A DNA stretch of 64,000 nucleotides from an uncultured Syntrophaceae bacterium (lineage in GTDB: Bacteria > Desulfobacterota > Syntrophia > Syntrophales > PHBD01). How positions within the stretch are numbered: position 1 is the first letter of the stretch; every line of letters begins with the position of its first letter. The notes below the pieces were generated by a model. It saw only the letters and a program-made list of their open reading frames with translations. It was not told the origin of the DNA and did no database searches. This document shows positions 1 through 7,356 of the stretch, one piece after another. The position numbers and the translations under genes were made by a program. Location of the stretch: NCBI GenBank assembly GCA_964578535.1, contig CAZODI010000001.1, forward strand, positions 108,338 through 172,337, given 5' to 3'.

Positions 1-2
1 TC

Positions 3-449
3 GTTTCGGACGGGCTGGACTTCTATATCGATGCGGTCCTCCGGGGGCACGGCCTGGAGGATATCCCCGTTCACGCAAACCGGACGGTCTTCCGGGACGG
101 GCTGCCCCCGTCCATCGAATTTCCCTGGGCCGGCGAGGACTGCGGGCGCTGCGGAACCTGCAAGCGGAGAATCCTCCGCTCCCGGCGGGACCGCTATGAC
201 CGCATCGTCTACATCGGGAACGGCCAATCGGACGTCTGTCCCTCCGCGGAAGCGGACCTCGTGTTTGCCAAGGGGGTCCTTCTCGATGTCTGCGGGAAGA
301 GGCGCCATTCCTGCGTGCCTTTCGAGACGTTCGGGGATGTGCTCCATTTCCTGAAACGGAACCCGTTTCCGTTCCCCGGGAAAGATCAATCATGCCTCCG
401 CGGCGCTCGCGCCTCGGATCAAATCGAAGAAAATTCAACTGGGAGGTAG
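3..449 (+). CDS. HAD-superfamily phosphatase, MtnX-like (3' part; 5' end outside window)
   Basis: Frame 3 is open from the window edge to TAG 447-449. The translation VSDGLDFYIDAVL...GEDCGRCGTCKRRIL...RIVYIGNGQSDVCPSAEADLVFAKG has the G(D/N)GxSD...D..FAK HAD motif and a CxxCxxCK cluster, as in MtnX-type phosphatases. The ORF track only shows the 261..449 tail. Confidence 0.55.
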   Translation, partial: VSDGLDFYIDAVLRGHGLEDIPVHANRTVFRDGLPPSIEFPWAGEDCGRCGTCKRRILRSRRDRYDRIVYIGNGQSDVCPSAEADLVFAKGVLLDVCGKRRHSCVPFETFGDVLHFLKRNPFPFPGKDQSCLRGARASDQIEENSTGR

Positions 450-455
450 TGTTTC

Positions 456-833
456 ATGGCTTCGAAAGCAAAGGGGATCCGCCAGAGCCAGAAGGAGATC
501 TGGCAGAAAAAACTGGATCAGCGATTGGCCGAACTGGCCGCCAGGGGAGTGGAAGGCACCGCTGCGGCAAGGGACGCCGTCGTGCGGTCCCTGAAAGCAA
601 AGGTCCGGGAGGCCGACGGGCGTCTGGCCGCCATTGACGCCAAGGACAAGAAGACCGCCGAAAAGAAGGAGACGAAGGTCCGGAAACTGGCGGAGGCCAA
701 GACTGAGAAGAAGAAGGGGGACGCACCGCCCCCGGTGGAGGAGAAAACCTCCAAGAGCAAGAAGAAGAAAGAGGAAAAGGCGGAGAAGAAAGAAGGCACC
801 GCCAAGGAAAAGAAACCCAAGGCCAAGGAATAA
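456..833 (+). CDS. Lys/Glu-rich small basic protein (hypothetical, histone-H1-like low-complexity tail)
   Basis: 125-aa ORF with GGGAGG 9 nt upstream of the ATG. The C-terminal half is a K/E/A-rich low-complexity tract (KKKKEEKAEKKEGTAKEKKPKAKE). TAATG stop/start overlap with the next gene. Confidence 0.6.
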   Translation: MASKAKGIRQSQKEIWQKKLDQRLAELAARGVEGTAAARDAVVRSLKAKVREADGRLAAIDAKDKKTAEKKETKVRKLAEAKTEKKKGDAPPPVEEKTSKSKKKKEEKAEKKEGTAKEKKPKAKE

Positions 834-1825
834 TGAAGGAAACGTGGACAGCCGGACGCCTCCTGGAGGTGTCCGGCTCCTACTGGCAGACCTGTGCACT
901 CCACACCGGGGTGAAGCTGGGCATCTTCACCGCCCTCGGAAGGAGTTCGCTCCCGGCGGAGGATGTGGCGCAAAAGACGGCGTCCAGCCTGCGCGGAACC
1001 GCTGCACTCCTGAACGCCCTCACCGCCATGGGGCTTCTGGCACGGGACGGCGATCGTTACCGGAACACCGAAGAGTCCTGGACGTATCTTGTGGAGGGGT
1101 CGAAGGAATATATCGGGTACATGATCCTCCACCATCACCACCTGATGGAGTCCTGGGCCAGAATGCCCGCAGCCGTGCGGGGGGGCAGGCCGATCCGGAA
1201 GCGCTCGACGTTCCGGAACCGGGAGGTCCGGGAAAGCTTTCTCATGGGGATGTTCAACCTGGCCAGCCGCCTGGCGCCCAAGATCGTACAGGAAGTCGAT
1301 CTGACAGGACGGAAGCATCTGTTGGACCTGGGCGGAGGGCCGGGAACCTATGCGATTCACTTCTGCCGGCGATATGAGGGGCTCCGGGCTACCGTCTTCG
1401 ATCTCAAGACCACCCGGCCCTTTGCAAGGAAGACCATCCGCCGCTTCGGCATGGAGGACCGTATTGCCTTCCGGGCAGGGAACTACCTGGATGACGACCT
1501 GGGAGAAGGGTACGACGCCGCCTGGCTGTCGCACATCCTGCACGGGGAAGGGCCGGAAGATTGCAGGAAGATCGTCTCCAGGGCGACGGCGGCCCTGGAG
1601 CCGGGAGGTGTTTTGGTCGTCCACGAGTTCATCCTGAACGACACGAAGGACGGGCCCCTGCACCCGGCCCTGTTTTCCCTCAACATGCTCCTGGGGACCC
1701 CCGAGGGGCGCTCCTACTCGGATTCGGAGATCCGGGACATGCTCACCGCCGCGGGCCTCCGGGATGTCTGCCGCCTGCCGTTCCGGGCCCCCAACGACTC
1801 TGGCCTCATCGCCGGCTGGAAATGA
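833..1825 (+). CDS. Class I SAM-dependent O-methyltransferase (family 2, with N-terminal dimerisation/winged-helix region)
   Basis: 330 aa with SAM motif I LLDLGGGPGTY and the downstream acidic VFDL and HILHGEG motifs typical of Methyltransf_2 O-methyltransferases. Confidence 0.8.
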   Translation: MKETWTAGRLLEVSGSYWQTCALHTGVKLGIFTALGRSSLPAEDVAQKTASSLRGTAALLNALTAMGLLARDGDRYRNTEESWTYLVEGSKEYIGYMILHHHHLMESWARMPAAVRGGRPIRKRSTFRNREVRESFLMGMFNLASRLAPKIVQEVDLTGRKHLLDLGGGPGTYAIHFCRRYEGLRATVFDLKTTRPFARKTIRRFGMEDRIAFRAGNYLDDDLGEGYDAAWLSHILHGEGPEDCRKIVSRATAALEPGGVLVVHEFILNDTKDGPLHPALFSLNMLLGTPEGRSYSDSEIRDMLTAAGLRDVCRLPFRAPNDSGLIAGWK

Positions 1826-2155
1826 ACTGCATCATGTCTGGCAAGATTCACGGCGCCTGCTCCCGGTGAGGCAGGAATCGAATCACGTACCTGTTTCCCC
1901 GGAAAATTCCTGTCCCTCTCCAATCAGGCTGTGAGGCTCCACTTTCGCTCACCGGCGCGAATCGTCTTCCCCCCTTTCCAGAGTAGACATTTTCCCCCTT
2001 TCCTCACGACGGATCCCCGTCGAACACAATGGGACAGAGTGTCTCAAAGAGACGCGACAACCTGGTTCGCCGGGAAGGCGGCCGCCGTCCTCTGTATTCA
2101 TTTAATAAATAAGCAAAACAGTATGTTGCAGTAAGCCAGCCCGTGGGAGCGTTCA

Positions 2156-2170
2156 TGGTACGCCTGTTGC
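2156..2170 (+). promoter_or_regulatory. sigma-54 (-24/-12) promoter candidate
   Basis: TGGTACGCCTGTTGC matches TGGCACG-N4-TTGC at 14 of 15 specified/spaced positions with correct GG-to-GC spacing. It lies about 58 nt upstream of ATG 2228 (RBS AGGAGG), and a sigma-54 activator gene lies at the end of the operon. Confidence 0.6.
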
Positions 2171-2227
2171 TCAACGGGAGAGCGCGGCAGTTCATAACCT
2201 CATCAACCCTTTTTCAGGAGGGCAGCC

Positions 2228-3202
2228 ATGGACATCAGCACCGTTTCCGGCGTCGTTTCTTCCGAGAACCTGGGCATGACCCTGATGCACGAACACTTCC
2301 TGTTCGGATTTCCCGGCTGGCAGGGCGACGTCACCATGGGCCCCTTCGACCGGCAGGCCTGCGTGGAGGCCGGCTTGAAGATGGCTGGAAGAGTCATGGA
2401 GCAGGGCGTGAAAACCGTTGTCGACGTCACGCCGAACGAGTGTGGAAGGGATGTGGAGCTGCTCCGGGAAATCTCGGAAAAGAGCGGCCTCAACATTCTC
2501 TGCTCCAGCGGATACTACTTCGAGGGTGAGGGGGCGCCGCCCTATTTCAAGCTGCGGAGCCAGTTCGGGCAGGGTGTGGAGCAGGTGTACGAGATGTTCA
2601 AGACAGAGGTGGAGAAGGGTGTCGGAGCTACCGGCATCCGGCCCGCCGTTTTCAAGGTTGCCTCCGGCAAAGATGCCATCACGGACTACGAGGCGATGTT
2701 CTTCCGGGCGGCCGCCCGGGTCTCGAAGGAGAACGGCATCCCGATCATCACGCATACCCAGGAGGGGAAACTCGGACCCGAGCAGGCCGATCTGCTCATC
2801 GCCGAGGGGGTCGACCCGAAGCGGATCATGATCGGGCATATCGACGGATCGACGGATATGGACTACCTCCTCCGGGTCCTCGAAAAAGGCGTATACATCG
2901 CCTTCGACCGTTTCGGCGTGGAAAATGTCGGCGGAGCGCCGCCGGATTCCCGCAGGGTTGCCTGCCTCATCGGCCTTCTCGGTCTCGGCTGGGCCGATAA
3001 AATCATGATTTCAAACGACTACGTGAATTACTGGCTGGGCCGGCAGGGGGTTTCGGAGATCGTGAGCCTGGTCATGCCGAATTACAACATCACCCACATT
3101 TTCCAGGACATCATCCCGGCGCTGAAGAAGGCCGCTGTCAGCAGCGGGCAGATCGAGACGATGCTGATCGCCAATCCGCGACGGTTCCTTGAGGGAGTCT
3201 GA
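2228..3202 (+). CDS. Phosphotriesterase-family amidohydrolase (phosphotriesterase-like lactonase / PHP type)
   Basis: 324 aa. The binuclear metal ligand set is recognisable: MHEHF (HxH), FKVAS (carboxylated Lys position), ITHTQ, IGHID, ISNDY. Confidence 0.8.
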   Translation: MDISTVSGVVSSENLGMTLMHEHFLFGFPGWQGDVTMGPFDRQACVEAGLKMAGRVMEQGVKTVVDVTPNECGRDVELLREISEKSGLNILCSSGYYFEGEGAPPYFKLRSQFGQGVEQVYEMFKTEVEKGVGATGIRPAVFKVASGKDAITDYEAMFFRAAARVSKENGIPIITHTQEGKLGPEQADLLIAEGVDPKRIMIGHIDGSTDMDYLLRVLEKGVYIAFDRFGVENVGGAPPDSRRVACLIGLLGLGWADKIMISNDYVNYWLGRQGVSEIVSLVMPNYNITHIFQDIIPALKKAAVSSGQIETMLIANPRRFLEGV

Positions 3203-3262
3203 TGGTGCCGCGAACCGTCCGGGACAGAAGGAGAACATCGCCATTTCACACAAGGAGGGACC

Positions 3263-4915
3263 ATGCCCGAATACGTGCCGATCACGTTTGAGAAAAACAA
3301 CCTGCTCGAACACCTGACGCAGGTCATCGGGGACTATCCGGAACGGACAGCCGTCGTCACCGCGGATGGAACGGTCCGGAAGACCTACAGGGAGATCGAC
3401 CGCCGCTCGAACCGGCTGGCGCATTATCTTGCCCGGCTCGGCGTCGGCAAGGGCGACCGTGTCGCCATCTTCCAGAACAACGGCTGGCAGTACCCGGAGC
3501 AGTATCTGGCGATCCTCAAGCTCGGCGCGATCTGCGTTCCCATGAACTTCCGCCTGAAGAGTCCCGAGGCACTGTTCATCCTGACGGAATCGGGGGCCAA
3601 GGCGCTGATCCTGGAAAGCCGGTATGCCGCCGTTTTTGAGCCGACCCTCACCTATCAACTGGGGGTGAAGCACTATCTCTGCACCAACGGAGAGGCCCCC
3701 GAATGGGCGGTCGATTACGAGACGGCGCTGGCCGGGGAGCCGGACGAGGCGGTCGAAGCGCCGGATATGACCCTGGACGACGTTCTGGCCATCTGCTTCA
3801 CCAGCGGTACGACGGGCCTCCCCAAGGGCTCCATGGCGACGCACCGGCAGATCATGACGAACTTCTACGGCGAGATGGGGAATCTCATCGAGAGCACCAT
3901 GCATCCGGACCGGGGATATCATGTCGTCATGATGATCATTCCCGTGTACCACATCGCAGGCATCATGACGCTCTATGCGGGCATGAAATTCGGATCCACC
4001 ATCGTCGTATCGTCGGATTTTGCGCCGGAAGGATTCATGCAGACGGTGGAGCGGGAGCAGGTCTCCCTGTGCTACCTGGTGCCGATCATGTTCTTCTTCA
4101 TCCTCCACGATCCCTCCTTCGGGAAGTATGACCTCGGCAGCCTGCGTTTCGTTCCCTACGGCGCGATGCCGATGGACCCCGCCCTCCTCCAGGACATCCT
4201 GAAGAAATTTCCGCCGGGCATCCGCTACATGGACGCCTTCGGCTCGACGGAGGTGTGCATCAACATCGCCAAGCTTCCCGAGGATCACGATCTGACGGGA
4301 TCTCCCGAAGAAGTTGAAAAGAAGATCGCCCGACTGAAGAGCATCGGCCGTCCTTTCCGTTACGGCATCGAGAGCACGATTCTGGATCCCTTCGGCAAGG
4401 AGGTTCCTCCCGGGGTCGTGGGCGAGATCGCCTCCCGGGGCGAGAAAGTGACCGTCGGATACTGGCGGAATGCGGAAGAGACGGCACGGACGATCGACCG
4501 GAACGGCTGGTTCCACACCGGCGACGCCGGATGGATGGACGAAGACGGCTATGTGTACTTCGCCGACCGGGCCAAGGACATGATCAACCGGGGCGGCGAG
4601 AACATCTTCCCCGCCGAGGTCGAGCGCCGGCTCAATCAGCACCCCAGGGTCCTGGAATCGGCCGTCTTCGGCGTTCCCGATCCGGCCTGGGGAGCCCGCG
4701 TCGTGGCGGCCGTCGTCCTGGCGCCGGGACAGACGGCGGAGACGGTGCCCGCGGAGGAGCTCATCGGCTTCTGCAAGGAGCAGATGGCAAGCTACAAGGC
4801 CCCGTCGGCGATCTGGTACATCGACCAGCTCCCCAGGCGGTTCGAGCTCGGCAAGGTGATGCGGTTCGTGCTGCGAGACGAATACATGAAGAAAAGGGAG
4901 GACATTGTTTCATGA
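3263..4915 (+). CDS. AMP-dependent acyl-CoA synthetase/ligase
   Basis: 550 aa with the AMP-binding signature FTSGTTGLPKG, a later GEI..RG...GYW motif and a C-terminal K in the SYKAP region. Confidence 0.9.
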   Translation: MPEYVPITFEKNNLLEHLTQVIGDYPERTAVVTADGTVRKTYREIDRRSNRLAHYLARLGVGKGDRVAIFQNNGWQYPEQYLAILKLGAICVPMNFRLKSPEALFILTESGAKALILESRYAAVFEPTLTYQLGVKHYLCTNGEAPEWAVDYETALAGEPDEAVEAPDMTLDDVLAICFTSGTTGLPKGSMATHRQIMTNFYGEMGNLIESTMHPDRGYHVVMMIIPVYHIAGIMTLYAGMKFGSTIVVSSDFAPEGFMQTVEREQVSLCYLVPIMFFFILHDPSFGKYDLGSLRFVPYGAMPMDPALLQDILKKFPPGIRYMDAFGSTEVCINIAKLPEDHDLTGSPEEVEKKIARLKSIGRPFRYGIESTILDPFGKEVPPGVVGEIASRGEKVTVGYWRNAEETARTIDRNGWFHTGDAGWMDEDGYVYFADRAKDMINRGGENIFPAEVERRLNQHPRVLESAVFGVPDPAWGARVVAAVVLAPGQTAETVPAEELIGFCKEQMASYKAPSAIWYIDQLPRRFELGKVMRFVLRDEYMKKREDIVS

Positions 4916-5946
4916 GGAATATGCTCGACACCCTGTCTTTCCGGGTATCCCCGGAGGACGAATACAACCATCCCGTTGACGATGCGAAGAACTTCAATGA
5001 AAGCATGTATATCAACCTGTTCGATTTCAACCGGGCCATGGGGGGATGGTTTCGTGTGGGAAACCGTCCGAACGAGGGGAACGCGGAGGTCACCTGCTGC
5101 CTGTATCTTCCCGACGGGAGCGTGGGATTCATCTTCAGCCGTCCGAACATCTCGTCGAACGAGTCTCTCAACGCGGCGGGGCTGAAATTCGAGGTCCGGG
5201 AGCCGCTGAAGCGGATCCGGGTCACTTACAGCGGACCGGTGTGCCTCCTGAAGAACCCGCACGAGATGGCGAAACCGATGAAGGCCTTCGCGGAGAATCC
5301 CATTGTCGATTGCTCGGTGGCCCTGGATTTCCAGGCGGTCGGACCGGTCTTCGGCGGTGAGATGGTCAACAAGGATGGCAGTCCTTTCCAGGAGCCTCCG
5401 GAGGAGGCGTTTGCGAAGGCGCATTACGAGCAGCACATGAGCGGTGCAGGAACCATCCGCGTCCAGGAGCATGAATGGAAAATCGACGGCTTCGGACTGC
5501 GGGACCACTCCTGGGGCCCACGGTACTGGCAGAACATCTACTGGTACCGTTGGCTGCCGATGAATTTCGGCCCCGATCTCGGGTTCATGTTCATGATCAT
5601 GGGCAAGGAAGACGGAAACCACCAGATGATGGGGATCATGCTGGAGAACGGCCGGTACGTTCCCTTCCGGGACGTGGAGCTGCAGACGGAGTGGGACGAA
5701 AACTACTATCAGACCGCCCTCAAGGTGAAGGCCAGGACAGACGACAGCGAGCACGAGATCGAGGGGCGGGTCCTGTCCCTCATCCCGCTTCGCAACCGGA
5801 GAAAGAACGAGGCGGGCGACGTGCTCGAGACGCGCATCACCGAGGGGATGACAGAATACCGGTACCGGGGCAGGGTAGGGTACGGAATGTCGGAATACCT
5901 CGACCAGATCATCCACGGCGAACCGGCGGGAAAGGAGAAGGGATGA
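4912..5946 (+). CDS. Uncharacterised conserved protein (344 aa, DHSWGPRYW motif; possible AttH/CrtC-like beta fold)
   Basis: The ORF-track ORF 4531..5946 was trimmed to ATG 4912, which overlaps the ligase stop (ATGA). The N-terminal 127 codons of the long ORF are Arg/Gly-rich overlap with the ligase gene. I recognise no catalytic family with confidence. Confidence 0.7.
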   Translation: MRNMLDTLSFRVSPEDEYNHPVDDAKNFNESMYINLFDFNRAMGGWFRVGNRPNEGNAEVTCCLYLPDGSVGFIFSRPNISSNESLNAAGLKFEVREPLKRIRVTYSGPVCLLKNPHEMAKPMKAFAENPIVDCSVALDFQAVGPVFGGEMVNKDGSPFQEPPEEAFAKAHYEQHMSGAGTIRVQEHEWKIDGFGLRDHSWGPRYWQNIYWYRWLPMNFGPDLGFMFMIMGKEDGNHQMMGIMLENGRYVPFRDVELQTEWDENYYQTALKVKARTDDSEHEIEGRVLSLIPLRNRRKNEAGDVLETRITEGMTEYRYRGRVGYGMSEYLDQIIHGEPAGKEKG

Positions 5947-5947
5947 T

Positions 5948-6940
5948 ATGAAGCAGGAAGAACTCGCCGGCTGTCTCACCCGCGCCGCTTCGCGGCATCT
6001 CGGGAAACCGGTGGTGATCGAAGACCTCCGGCCTCTCTCCGGCGGCGCTTCCGCGGAGACGTGGCATTTCGACGCCCTCTGCGGCGCTGAGCGCCACGAG
6101 TTGATCCTCAGGCTGTCGCCCCCGGGAGGGAAGAAGGACAAGAACCGCCTCGACCGGGGAACGGAGGCGCTAGTGCTGGCAAACGTGCAGAAGGCGGGCG
6201 TTCCCGTTCCTCCCGTCCATTTCGTTCTCGATGACGAGGACGGGATCGGTCCCGGGTATGCCATGCAGCGCATACCGGGGGAGACCATCGCGCGGAAGAT
6301 CCTGCGCGACGACGAATACGCGGAGGCGCGGGACGTCATGGCCCGGCAGTGCGGAAGGATCCTTGCCGGCATCCACACCGTCGATCCCGGCCTTCTGCCG
6401 CCCCTGAAGAAGCAGCCGGCGGAGGCCGGGCTGAAGCAGCTGTACACGTTTTACGACGCCTTCGGCGACAGGCACCCCGTTTTCGAGTACGCCCTGCGCT
6501 GGCTTCAGGACCACATCCCGAAGCAGGGGGATTTGCGTCTGGTACACGGCGATTTCCGGAACGGAAATTTCATTGTCGGCCCCGAGGGTGTCCGGGCCGT
6601 CCTCGACTGGGAGCTTGCCCATCTCGGCGATCCCATGGAGGACCTTGGCTGGATATGCGTCAATTCCTGGCGCTTCGGCAACATCGACCACCCCGTCGGC
6701 GGCTTTGGAAGCCGGGAGGACCTGTTCGCCGGGTACGAGGGAGCGGGAGGCGTTCCCGTCGATCCCGCCGCGGTCCATTTCTGGGAGGTGTTCGGAACGC
6801 TGAAGTGGGGAATCATCTGCATCGTCCAGGCCTTCACCCATCTGATGGGAATGAAGCGCTCCGTTGAGCTGGCCGCCATCGGCCGGCGGACCTCGGAAAC
6901 GGAGATCGATCTGCTGCGTCTGCTGAGAGAGGGAAAGTGA
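5948..6940 (+). CDS. APH/choline-kinase-family phosphotransferase (LvaA / ACAD10-11 kinase-domain-like)
   Basis: 330 aa with catalytic loop LVHGDFRNGNF and DWELAHLGDP motifs. The ATG lies 1 nt after the upstream stop. Confidence 0.85.
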   Translation: MKQEELAGCLTRAASRHLGKPVVIEDLRPLSGGASAETWHFDALCGAERHELILRLSPPGGKKDKNRLDRGTEALVLANVQKAGVPVPPVHFVLDDEDGIGPGYAMQRIPGETIARKILRDDEYAEARDVMARQCGRILAGIHTVDPGLLPPLKKQPAEAGLKQLYTFYDAFGDRHPVFEYALRWLQDHIPKQGDLRLVHGDFRNGNFIVGPEGVRAVLDWELAHLGDPMEDLGWICVNSWRFGNIDHPVGGFGSREDLFAGYEGAGGVPVDPAAVHFWEVFGTLKWGIICIVQAFTHLMGMKRSVELAAIGRRTSETEIDLLRLLREGK

Positions 6941-6941
6941 C

Positions 6942-7334
6942 ATGGCTCCATCACGACCGACTGTTTTAGAGCTGCTGGAGGCCGTTCAGGAATTTCTGGA
7001 AAAGAGAATCGTGAAGTCCGTCGATTCGCACCGGGCCTTTCACACGCGGGTCGCCATCAACGCCCTGGCGCTGGTGCGGAGGGAACTCCAGCTGGGTCCG
7101 GGATTCGCAAGCGAGGAACAGGGGCGGCTCCGCTCGCTGCTCGGCATCGAAGGCGGAATTGCGGAACTGAACGACGAATTGTGCCGCCGCCTGCGGAACG
7201 TCGAGCTGGACTGCCGCGAAGGGGATCTTTTCCGACACCTGTTCGAGACGACGATGGCGCAGCTGGCTATTGATAATCCCGAGTACTCCGGGTACCGGAA
7301 AGCCTTGGAGGAATCGACGGGCACGGAAGGCTGA
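6942..7334 (+). CDS. Small helical protein, DUF6285-like partner of APH-type kinases
   Basis: 130 aa starting 1 nt after the kinase stop. The pattern PTVLELLEAVQEFLEKRIV...RVAINALALVRREL matches my recollection of proteins that follow such kinases in actinobacterial clusters. Confidence 0.6.
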   Translation: MAPSRPTVLELLEAVQEFLEKRIVKSVDSHRAFHTRVAINALALVRRELQLGPGFASEEQGRLRSLLGIEGGIAELNDELCRRLRNVELDCREGDLFRHLFETTMAQLAIDNPEYSGYRKALEESTGTEG

Positions 7335-7356
7335 AAAACGGAGTCCCTTTCCCCCG

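Noticed and set aside
4531-4911. N-terminal 127-codon extension of ORF 4531..5946
   Set aside because: It lies entirely inside the ligase gene in another frame and is Arg/Gly-rich. ATG 4912 forms an ATGA junction with the ligase stop and begins the part with normal amino-acid composition.
518-6447. Long minus-strand ORFs 518..1663, 3011..4642 and 4792..6447
   Set aside because: They are antisense to the methyltransferase, the acyl-CoA ligase and the unknown/kinase genes, all of which have clear motifs, RBSs and coupled start/stop junctions on the plus strand.
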